A DNA stretch of 64,000 bases from a bacterium (GCA_046757025.1 JBHHXN010000006.1:1-64000); one strand, 5' to 3'; positions 30,159 through 40,270 are shown, numbered from the stretch's first letter. Notes: a model not told the origin generated them from the letters alone. Numbers and translations are program-made.

Positions 30159-30329
30159 CTATGGTGGTGGTTCCGTTGGATCGGCCAAAGATGCTGGGGG
30201 GGGTTCATTCGGATCTGCTTGAGCTGACGCCGGCGGTGGTTCGTTGGGATCCGCTTTTCCTTTTGAAAAAAGTCGAGACTTTAAACTCGACCACTTCCCC
30301 ATTTTCTCTTCGGCAGTTTTTTTATCCAT
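30159..30329 (-). CDS. 56-aa repeat peptide absent from the ORF track: MDKKTAEEKMGKWSSLKSRLFSKGKADPNEPPPASAQADPNEPPPASLADPTEPPP
   Basis: Hand translation; near-perfect Shine-Dalgarno AAAGGAGGTGA just upstream; starts 18 nt after the kinase stop; three ADP(N/T)EPPP repeats with different codons. Confidence 0.85.
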   Translation of the reverse strand: MDKKTAEEKMGKWSSLKSRLFSKGKADPNEPPPASAQADPNEPPPASLADPTEPPP

Positions 30330-30347
30330 GAAATTCACCTCCTTTCA

Positions 30348-33113
30348 TTACTTTTTAGAGTTCGCTGGCAAATTTGAAATTTTATTATTTAAAAATGCAA
30401 CTTTTTGTAAATTACCATCCGCTCCGGCCCAAAAATCAAGAGCTAAGCGGTAGGTGTGAAAAGCCTCTTCCGGCGCGTTATCTTTTTCATAAGCCTCTGC
30501 TAATCCTAACAGCGCATAGACATTCTGTGGATTGAATTGCAAGGCTAATTTATACGTTTCAATGGCATTCTGAAGTTGACCAGCTTGTGAATAACCATCC
30601 GCTAATGCTTTCAAATAGAATGACCGGTTCAATGGAAACAAATCCAGAGCCTTTTTAAAAGAGACCTCAGCTTCATCATAATCTTCTGCAAACAAGGAGA
30701 CCATCCCTTGCAAATGATGCAAAAACCACCTTCCTTCCAGCTCTCCCAACGACGCGAAGGATCGCTCAAGAATGGCGATTTCGTGGAAAATTTCTTGTCG
30801 GTTGCCATTTTCCAGCAAGATTAAACCACGCAGCCAGTGCGCTTCCAGATTGTTGGGATTAGTAATGATGGCATCATCAATGGTCGTTTCCGCAACTGGC
30901 AGGTTGCCCGTTCTTAAATGCACCATGGCCAGATTGGTATAACCCATGGATTTAAAATAATTACCGGCAGAAGTATTGACATACTTCGTTAAAACTTTTT
31001 CTGCTTGCGAGTATTTTCCCTGACCCGACAACGCCTGCGCAAGTCGAATGGGTACGTATTTAAAATCCGGCTGCAAGGCGAGAATGCGGTCACAAATAGT
31101 CACGGCTTCTTCATATTCGCCGATGAGTACCAGGATTTCCGCCATGGAGTCGAGCGGATTGACGTCGGTGGGATTCAACTGCATTAACTTATCCATCATG
31201 GCCAGGGCTTTTTCCTTTTCACCTTTGGCCAGAAAAGCATAACCAAGCGTGTTGTAGGCAAGCACGTAGGTCGAATCCAGCTCGATGGACTTTTGAATTT
31301 CCGAAATGCCCGCATCGATTTGACGAAATTTTCGGTATTGCGTCCAGCCATATTTATAATGCGTAGAGGCTTTAAAGGGGTTGATTTTGAGCAACCTTTT
31401 CTGATGAGATGCATACTCCTGCCAGCGATGTTCAATCCGGGCTTCATTACTTAAGTATTCCAATCTCATTTCAAGAGAAAGATTTTCAATATACGGTTTA
31501 CCGCTTGATAACACTTGTTTGGCTTTGTTTCGATTCCCGATGAGGGAATATTGCCACGCCAGGTAATAATACGGTTCGATGAATGTGGAATCCAGGGAGA
31601 TTGCTTTATTCAAGAGGGCAATGCTCTCCTTGTGCCGCAGATCCAGTGCAGCATCCTTGCCTTCTACGTAATAGCGAAATGCGTCCAGGGAGGAAGTGGT
31701 CAAAGACGCCACGCTGCTTTCTACCACATTTTCAGCAGCTTCAAAATTCAACACCCCGACCAATTGCGAAGTAAACTCATCGACGAGATTATAAAGCTGG
31801 CTGATATTGCTCTCCAGGGGTTTCAATGACGCAACAGACGTGCCTTTACGGCTGTCTAAAATCTCCGCCTCCACCTGAATGGTTTCGTTTTGTTTGTTGA
31901 GTTTACCGACAATGACCTTTTGGGCATTGGCTTTTTGCGCAATTCGAATAGCTTCTTCCCGTGTGACGTTTTTGTTTTGGATGCCTAAATTCTGCATGAT
32001 CTGATTCCTCTGTTCCGCGCTCAAAACGCGTATGGTGGAATCCTGGGACAAATCGGTATTCAATAAATCCATAAAAGCACCACTCAGCCACGACCAGTCT
32101 TCATCGACATTGTCCAGATAAAAAGGCATAATGGCGATAGCCGTACCCACCTCGTGCATTTTGCTTTCCGGCCTTAGTATGGCAAACAAAACGATGAGCA
32201 GAAGACCTAAAGAAAGACCGCCGAGTGTCGCAAACATTCGTTTTCGACTGAATTTTGGTTTTGGCTTGGGGGAAGTCTGCGCGGTTTTTGTTGCCCTTTC
32301 ATCGAGCAACTCTTTCAATGTTAACTCAATTTCTCTGGCGTTTTGAATTCGGACCTCCAAGTCTTTTGCCAGAGCTTTGGTCACTAACTGTTGGTATTTA
32401 TCAGATATCTCAGGTCGGATGCTGCAAATGGCTTCGGGTTCCTCATTGATGATGGCATAACCGATGGCCGCGCTGTATTCGCCTTGAAACGGTTGTCTGC
32501 CAGTACCGAGCTCGTACAAAACCGTACCCAGCGAAAAGATATCGCTGCGGTGATCGACTGGCAATCCCTGTAATTGCTCGGGAGACATGTAAGCCGCGGT
32601 GCCGATAACGCTTTCCTGCCGGGTGATTTGCGTCAGGTTTGCGACCTTTGCCAAACCGAAATCGAGAATCTTGACTTGACCGTCTTTCGTTAAGATGATA
32701 TTGCCCGGCTTGATATCCCTGTGAATGATGCCCTTTTGGTGCGCTTCTGCCAATCCCCGGGCAATTTGCACACCGATGGCATAAACTTTATCTATAGGGA
32801 TTTCAGATTTAAGCAGAAGGCTTTGCAGCGTATCGCCAGGGTAGTAGCCCATGCTGATAAACATGTAATCGTCGGATTCGTCGATTTCATACACCATGGC
32901 AATGTTTGGATGCTCCAAAGCAGAAATGGCTTTCGCTTCTTGAACGAATCTCTGACGAAACTCTGAGTCAGCAAGAAATTCTTTGTTTAGAAATTTCAGA
33001 GCAACCAGCCGGTCCAGTTTTAAGTCCTTTGCCTTATAAACGACACCCATGCCGCCGCTGCCAATTTCTTCAAGTATTTTATAATGAGATAACTGTCGTC
33101 CGACCAAGTTCAT
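30348..33113 (-). CDS. Membrane Hanks-type Ser/Thr protein kinase with C-terminal TolB-N-like domain and TPR repeats
   Basis: IGSGGMGVVY, VALKFL, HRDIKPGN, DFGLAK, YMSPEQ; TM LGGLSLGLLLIVLFAIL; IAIMPF domain; many TPR-like units. Confidence 0.95.
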   Translation of the reverse strand: MNLVGRQLSHYKILEEIGSGGMGVVYKAKDLKLDRLVALKFLNKEFLADSEFRQRFVQEAKAISALEHPNIAMVYEIDESDDYMFISMGYYPGDTLQSLLLKSEIPIDKVYAIGVQIARGLAEAHQKGIIHRDIKPGNIILTKDGQVKILDFGLAKVANLTQITRQESVIGTAAYMSPEQLQGLPVDHRSDIFSLGTVLYELGTGRQPFQGEYSAAIGYAIINEEPEAICSIRPEISDKYQQLVTKALAKDLEVRIQNAREIELTLKELLDERATKTAQTSPKPKPKFSRKRMFATLGGLSLGLLLIVLFAILRPESKMHEVGTAIAIMPFYLDNVDEDWSWLSGAFMDLLNTDLSQDSTIRVLSAEQRNQIMQNLGIQNKNVTREEAIRIAQKANAQKVIVGKLNKQNETIQVEAEILDSRKGTSVASLKPLESNISQLYNLVDEFTSQLVGVLNFEAAENVVESSVASLTTSSLDAFRYYVEGKDAALDLRHKESIALLNKAISLDSTFIEPYYYLAWQYSLIGNRNKAKQVLSSGKPYIENLSLEMRLEYLSNEARIEHRWQEYASHQKRLLKINPFKASTHYKYGWTQYRKFRQIDAGISEIQKSIELDSTYVLAYNTLGYAFLAKGEKEKALAMMDKLMQLNPTDVNPLDSMAEILVLIGEYEEAVTICDRILALQPDFKYVPIRLAQALSGQGKYSQAEKVLTKYVNTSAGNYFKSMGYTNLAMVHLRTGNLPVAETTIDDAIITNPNNLEAHWLRGLILLENGNRQEIFHEIAILERSFASLGELEGRWFLHHLQGMVSLFAEDYDEAEVSFKKALDLFPLNRSFYLKALADGYSQAGQLQNAIETYKLALQFNPQNVYALLGLAEAYEKDNAPEEAFHTYRLALDFWAGADGNLQKVAFLNNKISNLPANSKK

Positions 33114-33380
33114 GCGATAAATCTTGTATAAGGGTAAAAAAAAACGCTCCCCTACATCCAGAACGCTTTAAGATTTGTAAAAGTGATTTTGAATAATAAC
33201 CCAATGGCGAGTACCAGGATGCAACCTCAGTATCTATGATAACAATAAATTTACTTGAAGTCAAGGGAAAATTGATAATTACACATGTTTATCCTTTTCC
33301 AAATTTTTTGTTAATTATTCTAAAATACTCCAAACAATCAAGGAAGTTGGCGTCATTTTGAAAAATTATTAAAAAAGAAC

Positions 33381-33425
33381 TTGACAATTACTAAATTATT
33401 AATTATGTTACTAACAAATTAGTAA
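33381..33425 (+). promoter_or_regulatory. sigma70-type promoter with palindromic operator, probably bound by the BlaI-like repressor
   Basis: TTGACA-17 nt-TATGTT; palindrome TTACTAA-CAAA-TTAGTAA at 33408-33425 and a degenerate copy at 33388-33405. Confidence 0.7.
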
Positions 33426-33448
33426 TTAAAAATAAATAGGAGGTCGCA

Positions 33449-33829
33449 TTGAAAAATCGAAAAAAATTAGCCGATGCCGAATGGGAAATTATGAACGGCA
33501 TCTGGCACTTCAAAAAGCCCGTCACCGTCCGCGAAATGCACGCTCATCTTTATCCGAAAGGGGAGAAAGCCTATACGACGGTGCAAACCATCATGAATAT
33601 TTTAGTCGAAAAAAAATTTTTAAGGAAAGATAAAATCGGTATGGTCAATTTTTACTTTCCCATTGTGGCGTATGAAGATTTCACCAGGCAGGAGACCCGA
33701 ACCCTGGTTTCGCGCATTTTTGACGGCTCTTTTGGCGCGTTGGCAACTTATCTGGTGGATTCGGGAGAGCTTTCGCAAGAAGAGTTAATTCAACTGAAAG
33801 CGCTCATCAATTCAAAAAAGAAAGAATAA
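33449..33829 (+). CDS. BlaI/MecI/CopY family repressor
   Basis: LADAEWEIMNGIW, AYTTVQTIMNILVEKKFL, RIFDGS; TTG start behind AGGAGG. Confidence 0.92.
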   Translation: MKNRKKLADAEWEIMNGIWHFKKPVTVREMHAHLYPKGEKAYTTVQTIMNILVEKKFLRKDKIGMVNFYFPIVAYEDFTRQETRTLVSRIFDGSFGALATYLVDSGELSQEELIQLKALINSKKKE

Positions 33830-33843
33830 TAGCGAGGCAAATC

Positions 33844-35559
33844 ATGAATGTGATTCATCAATTTGCAGAAACCTGGATGAGATTCTATGTGATTCATTTG
33901 CTTGAAATGTCACTTTTCATTATACTCATCTGGTTTACTGATAAATTCTTACGACTTCAAACCTGGTCACGCTATCTGCTCTGGATTCTGGCGTTGGTGA
34001 AAATCTTTGTTCCACCCGTTTTTACGTTTCCTTCAACCAGGCCATCGCTGGTTACCGGACCGATGATTTATCTGCCTACTGTTTCACCATCTCCCTTGGC
34101 TGGGCCGCAAACTTTGCAGGCGATTTTTCCACTTCTGTTGTTTGGGTTGTGGATTTCCTGGGTTGGTTCGATGACGTATTTTATGGTGGTTAAAAATAGA
34201 AATTTTCAAAGACGCTTGCTAGACGCAAAACCCATTTCGAACCTGACTGAAACAAAGCTGAGTACCTGCTTGCCAATTTATGTTTCAAGTCAAATCCAAT
34301 CCCCCGTTCTTTTTGGCGCGTGGAAACAGAAATTGTATTTGCCTATTGAATGGCAAAACTGGTCAGACAAGGAGCTAAAAAGCATCGTAGCCCACGAAAC
34401 CGCCCATTTTCATAAACGGGATATTTGGGTGTTGATTTTACAACATCTGGCCATTGTCTTGTTTGGGGTCAATCCATTAATCTGGTTAGTACATAATCGA
34501 TTGAATTATGTGCGTGAATTGAATTGTGATGAAATGGCCATCCAGCACTCTGGCATAAAACCTGTAGAGTACAGCCAGCTCATCTACTCGTTTATTGAGA
34601 AACAGGCACAACCGCCCGGTCTCGTAATCATGGGCAAATCGTTTTTCAACAACGATCAATCTTTAATTAAGCGTATGAATAATATTCTTAAATTCGAGGA
34701 GTCTAACATGAAAATCAAATCAATTTGGCAAGTCATTTTATCGATTTTTTTGGCGGTTTTGATTTTACCGTTTTCCTGGAAGTGTGCTGAAAAGCCGTCT
34801 GATCAGAGCCTTGGTAAAGAGTTTACTCCCGGCCTTGTCCAGCCACAAACGGACATTTCATCAGAAAAATCTGAGAAATTTCAGCCCTTTAATGAACCTC
34901 CCAAACCCATCGGGGGATTTCAAGCGATTCAAGCAAATATTCATTATCCGGAGATAGCAAGAAAAGCCGGTATGGAAGAAACGGTTATCGTGCAAGTTTA
35001 TGTTGATGAACACGGCGAAGTGGCGGATGCCACCGTTTTGAGGACGAAAAATGGCGGCGAGCCGGGCTTCAAAGAAGCGGCCCTTGCCGCGGTCAAAAAA
35101 GTGAAGTGGCAACCTGCGCTTTGGAAAGGCAAACCCGTGGCGGTGCAGGTGGCGATTCCAGTGATTTTTCAATTGGCCAGCGATGGAGTCTCGTCTCCGG
35201 ATAAAGAGCCTAAAGTATTCCAATTTTCTATACCCAATAATAAAGTGAAATTTCAGCCATTCGATGAAGCTCCGCAACCGGTGGGCGGATTCACAGCTAT
35301 CCAGAAAAACCTGCAGTATCCGGTGATTGCGCGCAAAGCGGGCATCGAAGGGCGGGTTGTCATCAATATTTTGGTATCAGCACAAGGAGAAATTGCCGAT
35401 GCGGTAGTGATGAAATCGTTAGGGCATAGCGGCTGTGATGAAGCGGCAATCAATGCACTCAAGAGTGTTAAGTGGCGGCCGGCGAAAAATAAAGGCCAGG
35501 CGGTGGAGATGTGGGTCGCGATTCCCGTTGAGTTTAAATTATCCGAAACGGTTAAATAG
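33844..35559 (+). CDS. BlaR1-like M56 metallopeptidase fused to two TonB C-terminal domains
   Basis: AHETAH, NPLIW, RELNCD; two copies of YP(E/V)IARKAG...V...G..AD...AA...KW.PA..KG..V...IPV.F.L. Confidence 0.9.
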   Translation: MNVIHQFAETWMRFYVIHLLEMSLFIILIWFTDKFLRLQTWSRYLLWILALVKIFVPPVFTFPSTRPSLVTGPMIYLPTVSPSPLAGPQTLQAIFPLLLFGLWISWVGSMTYFMVVKNRNFQRRLLDAKPISNLTETKLSTCLPIYVSSQIQSPVLFGAWKQKLYLPIEWQNWSDKELKSIVAHETAHFHKRDIWVLILQHLAIVLFGVNPLIWLVHNRLNYVRELNCDEMAIQHSGIKPVEYSQLIYSFIEKQAQPPGLVIMGKSFFNNDQSLIKRMNNILKFEESNMKIKSIWQVILSIFLAVLILPFSWKCAEKPSDQSLGKEFTPGLVQPQTDISSEKSEKFQPFNEPPKPIGGFQAIQANIHYPEIARKAGMEETVIVQVYVDEHGEVADATVLRTKNGGEPGFKEAALAAVKKVKWQPALWKGKPVAVQVAIPVIFQLASDGVSSPDKEPKVFQFSIPNNKVKFQPFDEAPQPVGGFTAIQKNLQYPVIARKAGIEGRVVINILVSAQGEIADAVVMKSLGHSGCDEAAINALKSVKWRPAKNKGQAVEMWVAIPVEFKLSETVK

Positions 35560-35691
35560 TGTTGGAACGAAAACGATTCTATCTTCCCGAAGGCCTCCTG
35601 GCCGAGGGTTGATTCCTGCCTGGCTCGGCGGGGACGCCTTGGCGAGGAGGTTTAGAAATTGCGCATTTCTCGAGTTTTCGTTCAGACTCTA
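35557..35691 (+). repeat. Dispersed MITE-like repeat, family A copy 2
   Basis: Ends TAGTGTTGGAACGAAAAC / GTTTTCGTTCAGACTCTA; same internal core as 17713 and 48843 copies. Confidence 0.8.
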
Positions 35692-35971
35692 AATAGTGTT
35701 TGTCCGAAAATTTCACTTCTGTTCACTCTTGAGGGTATAAAAATGGAGTAGGGCTTTTTCCCCCTTGAGGGGGATAAAGGGGATGTTTGTTCAGCGGGCA
35801 TGCTGCGAGCTTATTTTACGACTCATCGCCGCGGCGAAAGCGCAGCGCGCTCGCTGCGTGAGCCGCCCGCAACCCCGTTCATTCTCCACTCAGCGGTTGT
35901 TCTTACGCCGGGCGTGTTCATACCTCGGCGCGCTGAGAAAGTGCTTTTCGCTCAAACGCCCATGAGTAGGG

Positions 35972-37417
35972 CTATTCCTGCAGCACCAGCTCTCCCCAGA
36001 TGTACGGATTGGCTTTGGCAAACATGGAGCTGTCTGACGCCCAGTACCATTCACATTTTTTGCCGGGGTTCAGGATGATGTTGAAAAGACAGCGGGTGCC
36101 GTTTTTCATCTCTAAAAACTCCAGGGCTCCGGTGGTAATTTTCAGAAACAGGACGCGGGCATCATTTGATTTCAGCAATTGTGCCTGCACCTTTTGTGAT
36201 CCTTTTTTATCTTGCGGGTAGATTTGCTGCAATTGCAACTGCCCATCGGCTGCCACGATATCCCAGATAAAAGCGCCGGGTTGGGAGGTAACTGAACGTT
36301 GGTTTTTCATACCGAACATGATGTTTGCCACTATGTGCTTTTTCTTGGCGTTTGTTGATGTTGGATTATTGGGGACAGTCAAAATGAAGCCATCAGTAAA
36401 CCAGCCGATTTTTACCAGCGGCATATCGCAATCGCTTCTTTTCACGGCAGCGAAACCGGGCTTTTTTAGCGATAATTGATTTGGAAGCGCATTCAAAGTT
36501 AACTTTTGGAGTTGTGTTTCGTTTATTTTCTTCACGCTTACCGTTGGCAGAGGTGGTAAAAATGCGCGGTGATTATCGAAATAGGACTCTGGCAGGCGAT
36601 AAATTTCAGCTTGTTCGTTGGTGAAAACAATATCTGAGCCGTCGAAGCAAATGCCTTCACTCTGGCGTCCTTCAAGCAAAATTTTCTTATGAGGACCTGC
36701 CAAATAATTGTCGCTATCCTTGGGCTTTTCAAACAAGTAGATGTATTCGTAGCAAAGAATGGCGAGACGGCTGCCATTGGGGGAGACGTCAGCCGCCGTG
36801 ACCATGCCATCGATTTCGAACTCACCAATTTTACTCAAAATCTGCTTTTGATTATCTACCAGTTGGTTGAATCGGTATAATTTTGTTCGATGGTTGCTGC
36901 GGTGTTTTGTGAGCAAATACAGATGGCCATTCGCCCAGAAGGCTGCTTCGCAGTCAAAATTCATATTTTGTGGATTGGGAAATTGCTTCTGATCTGGGTA
37001 GCTGAAGGGAATGCGCTTGCTCACACGGGCCACTTTGGCCTTGGACGGATCGGGTTCCTCGATCACATAAATGGCGAGGTCCTGGCGATCATTAGCGTTG
37101 TTGCCAAAATCCCCGATGATAAGGTGTCCCGAATCGTCCACTGCGATATCCTCCCAGTCGATATTTTCCGCATCCTCAATTCGAATATTGCCGATAAACT
37201 CACCGGTTTGCGTGGTAGCAAATATACGGGAATCGTTGCCGGAATCATTGTGGGTCCAAAAGACATTTTTAAATTGCCGGCTTTTAACTAAACCAGACGA
37301 TTCTTTGATTTCAGGGTTTTCGAAACGGGCAACAGGTTGCCAGGCTATATCCGTATTGGACTTGCAGGTAAGGAGAGTCGCGACAGCACAGAGCCAAAAC
37401 CAGAGATTTATTTTCAT
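35972..37417 (-). CDS. Hypothetical lipoprotein with beta-propeller-like domain
   Basis: Lipobox-like LLTC; ESSGL...WTHNDSG, DWEDIA, IGDFGNN, DCEA, QSEGICF. Confidence 0.65.
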   Translation of the reverse strand: MKINLWFWLCAVATLLTCKSNTDIAWQPVARFENPEIKESSGLVKSRQFKNVFWTHNDSGNDSRIFATTQTGEFIGNIRIEDAENIDWEDIAVDDSGHLIIGDFGNNANDRQDLAIYVIEEPDPSKAKVARVSKRIPFSYPDQKQFPNPQNMNFDCEAAFWANGHLYLLTKHRSNHRTKLYRFNQLVDNQKQILSKIGEFEIDGMVTAADVSPNGSRLAILCYEYIYLFEKPKDSDNYLAGPHKKILLEGRQSEGICFDGSDIVFTNEQAEIYRLPESYFDNHRAFLPPLPTVSVKKINETQLQKLTLNALPNQLSLKKPGFAAVKRSDCDMPLVKIGWFTDGFILTVPNNPTSTNAKKKHIVANIMFGMKNQRSVTSQPGAFIWDIVAADGQLQLQQIYPQDKKGSQKVQAQLLKSNDARVLFLKITTGALEFLEMKNGTRCLFNIILNPGKKCEWYWASDSSMFAKANPYIWGELVLQE

Positions 37418-37585
37418 TACGTCGCTTTCTAAATTGGGGTTCATCTGAAACAGGTAGAACAAACTAATTGCGCAAGCCGCGCATTCAAATCACCTTATGT
37501 TCAAATTGCTTTTGAGAGAAAACGCAAACCAGCTTTAAATGGAAGACAACACTATTTATCTATTTGCGATGCTTGCCAGCATCGT

Positions 37586-38830
37586 TTAATACCTTTTCAA
37601 AACAATACTGGCATTGGTTCCGCCAAAGCCAAAAGAATTTGACAGGCAAACATCAATTTTGGCTTTTCTCGGCTCGTTCGGCACATAGTCCAGATCGCAT
37701 TCCGGGTCAGGCGTTTCATAATTGATGGTGGGGGGGAGAATTTGATTTTCAATGGCCTTGATACAATAAATCGCTTCGATGGCCCCCGCAGCGCCCAGCA
37801 AATGACCGGTCATGGATTTGGTGGAGCTCATGGCGAGTCGGTACGCATGCTCTCTAAAAACATCTTTCACTGCTTTGGTTTCCGTGACGTCGTTCAACGG
37901 TGTGGAAGTGCCATGGGCGTTGATGTAATCCACCTCCTCAGGGTGAATGGCTGCATTTTTCAGAGCGTTTTGCATGCAAAGTCTGGGACCGCGACCCTGG
38001 GGATCGGGCGCGGTAATGTGAAATGCGTCAGTGCTCATTCCGAACCCGATGACTTCCGCATAGATGTTGGCATTGCGTTTTTTAGCGTATTCTAGCTCTT
38101 CGAGGATGATCACGCCCGCCCCTTCGCTGGACACAAATCCATCTCGGTGCAGATCAAACGGCCGGCAGGCTTTCTCGGGTTCGTGGTTCCGCAACGAAAG
38201 CGCGCGGGCATTGGCAAAACCGGCCATAGCCACCGGCACCAGAGTAGCTTCGGCGCCGCCCACGATCATGGCTTCTGCTTCGCCGCGGACGATGGTGTAG
38301 TAGCCATCTGCGATGGCGTGCACGCCAGTGGAGCAGGCTGAAACGACGCCGTAACTGGGTCCGCGGATTTGGTATTTGATGGCAATCTGCCCGGAGGCTA
38401 AATTGATGATGGCCGATGGGATAAAAAATGGTGAAATGCGGTTGCTTTGTCCGTTGTACGCTTTGATCGTATTTTGTTCGATGACCGTAATGCCTCCCTG
38501 TCCCGAACCGATGATCACTCCCACGCGTTCGGTGTTGGACTCATCGATCAATAATCTCGCATCCGTCATGGCTTCCGCTGTTGCGGCAATGGCGTACTGA
38601 ATGAACGGATCCATTTTTTTTACTTCTTTTTTGTCGATAAAATCTTCAGGATGGAAGTCTTTGACTTCACCTGCAATTTTAACTGGAATTTCAGCAATAT
38701 CAAATTTCGTCAGGGGGCCGATACCGGATTCCCCGTTTAAAATGTTGCTCCAGTTTTCTTTTACCGTTAAACCGACCGGCGTAACCATACCCATGCCGGT
38801 CACTACGACACGACGTTTCCTTTCATCCAT
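37586..38830 (-). CDS. fabF: Beta-ketoacyl-ACP synthase II
   Basis: VVSACSTG, INAHGTST, KSMTGHLLGAAG, SNSFGFGGTN. Confidence 0.95.
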   Translation of the reverse strand: MDERKRRVVVTGMGMVTPVGLTVKENWSNILNGESGIGPLTKFDIAEIPVKIAGEVKDFHPEDFIDKKEVKKMDPFIQYAIAATAEAMTDARLLIDESNTERVGVIIGSGQGGITVIEQNTIKAYNGQSNRISPFFIPSAIINLASGQIAIKYQIRGPSYGVVSACSTGVHAIADGYYTIVRGEAEAMIVGGAEATLVPVAMAGFANARALSLRNHEPEKACRPFDLHRDGFVSSEGAGVIILEELEYAKKRNANIYAEVIGFGMSTDAFHITAPDPQGRGPRLCMQNALKNAAIHPEEVDYINAHGTSTPLNDVTETKAVKDVFREHAYRLAMSSTKSMTGHLLGAAGAIEAIYCIKAIENQILPPTINYETPDPECDLDYVPNEPRKAKIDVCLSNSFGFGGTNASIVLKRY

Positions 38831-38884
38831 ACTTCAGGCATTCCTTTTCAAAGTTGATTCATCTGCTAACTGTTTATCAAAGAA

Positions 38885-39235
38885 TTATGCTGATTCTGCT
38901 TGAATTTCCTCAATGGCGTTAAACGCATATCGCAAATGAGGAATGACGATGGAACCGCCTACGATCAATGCGATATTCATAGCCTCGTGCAATTCTTCGG
39001 TGGTGGCGCCTTCGGCGATTGAACGATCCAGATGGTAGAAAATACAGTCGTTGCAACGCAATACCATGGACGCCACCAATCCCATTAATTCCTTCATTTT
39101 AGCTGGCAAGGCGCCGTCGATATAGGCTTTATGATCCAGTGCGAAGAATTTTTTAAAATCTTGAAAACCGCTGTTCAGGATTTTCTCATTCATATCCGCA
39201 CGATATTTTCTTGTTTCAGAAGTAGTGATTTTCAT
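38885..39235 (-). CDS. Carboxymuconolactone decarboxylase/AhpD family protein
   Basis: DGALPAKMKELMGLVASMVLRCNDCIFYH (CxxC). Confidence 0.85.
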   Translation of the reverse strand: MKITTSETRKYRADMNEKILNSGFQDFKKFFALDHKAYIDGALPAKMKELMGLVASMVLRCNDCIFYHLDRSIAEGATTEELHEAMNIALIVGGSIVIPHLRYAFNAIEEIQAESA

Positions 39236-39314
39236 GTTTATCCGGCTAGTTCAATATAAAATAAACTGATTTTATAAATAATAAATTCCTCTCACAAAAG
39301 CATCTCTGAAGTAC

Positions 39315-40070
39315 TCAGCGGTCACCGCCAATAATATCGCCTAAAATGCCCAGCGAACCGCCTCTTTTCACTTCACCGACGTTGCTTCGAATCGCAGAAG
39401 AAACCCGATCTGCCAGGCGGGAGAATGGCAGGGTTTGCAGGTAAACTTTGCCTGGCCCTTTTAGTTTGGCAAAGAACAAACCCTCACCTCCAAAAAACGC
39501 GGTTTTGATTCCCCCAACAAATTGTATGTCGTAATCCACGGATTCTTCAATGGCCACCAGGCAGCCAGTGTCCACCTTCAAGGACTCTTCGGCTGACAAT
39601 TGTCTTTCTATGATGGCGCCGCCGGCATGGACAAAGGCCAGTCCGTCACCCTGTAATTTTTGCAAGATGAATCCCTCACCGCCAAAAAATCCCGCCCCCA
39701 ATCTTTTTGTAAACGCAATGGAAATGTCGATGCCGTAAGCTGAGCACAGGTAGGCATCTCTTTGACAGAGCATCGAGCCCGATGCATTTAAGTCCAGAGG
39801 AATAATTTTGCCAGGGTAGGGTGCGGCAAATGCGACTTTGCCTTGTCCGCTACCAGAATACTGGAAAGTGGTGATAAAAAAAGATTCACCCGTCAGGATT
39901 CTTTTGACGCCTTTAAGCAGACCGCCACCGGTGCCGGTATTCATATTCACACCGTCAGTCATGTACATCATGGCGCCGGCTTCGGCTTGTACCATTTCGC
40001 CGGAGTCGAGCGTGATGATCACGGCCTGCATGTCATCGCCCACGAGTTCATAATCAATTTGATGAGCCAT
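39315..40070 (-). CDS. TIGR00266/AIM24 family protein
   Basis: AEAGAMMYM, TGESFF, FAAPYPGKI, FFGGEGFILQ, QTLPFSRLA. Confidence 0.9.
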   Translation of the reverse strand: MAHQIDYELVGDDMQAVIITLDSGEMVQAEAGAMMYMTDGVNMNTGTGGGLLKGVKRILTGESFFITTFQYSGSGQGKVAFAAPYPGKIIPLDLNASGSMLCQRDAYLCSAYGIDISIAFTKRLGAGFFGGEGFILQKLQGDGLAFVHAGGAIIERQLSAEESLKVDTGCLVAIEESVDYDIQFVGGIKTAFFGGEGLFFAKLKGPGKVYLQTLPFSRLADRVSSAIRSNVGEVKRGGSLGILGDIIGGDR

Positions 40071-40270
40071 TATTCGCCTTTTTTAGAATCTGGAATATTT
40101 ATGTTATGAAATTGTTAAAAATGAAATTTAAATCCAAAGAAGTTAAAAGTCAAGATTTAAAAATCGCCGATTCTTTTTTTCTTGCTTTTTCCACTTCAAA
40201 AGATTAATTTTTTCATTCAAACTGTCGTTAATCGAACGGCAGTTTGAGTGGAATGCGAAAGGGAGAATAT

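Noticed and set aside
35694..35960. GC-rich palindromic segments after family A copy 2
   Set aside because: Probably further degenerate repeats, but no second copy in the window defines their boundaries
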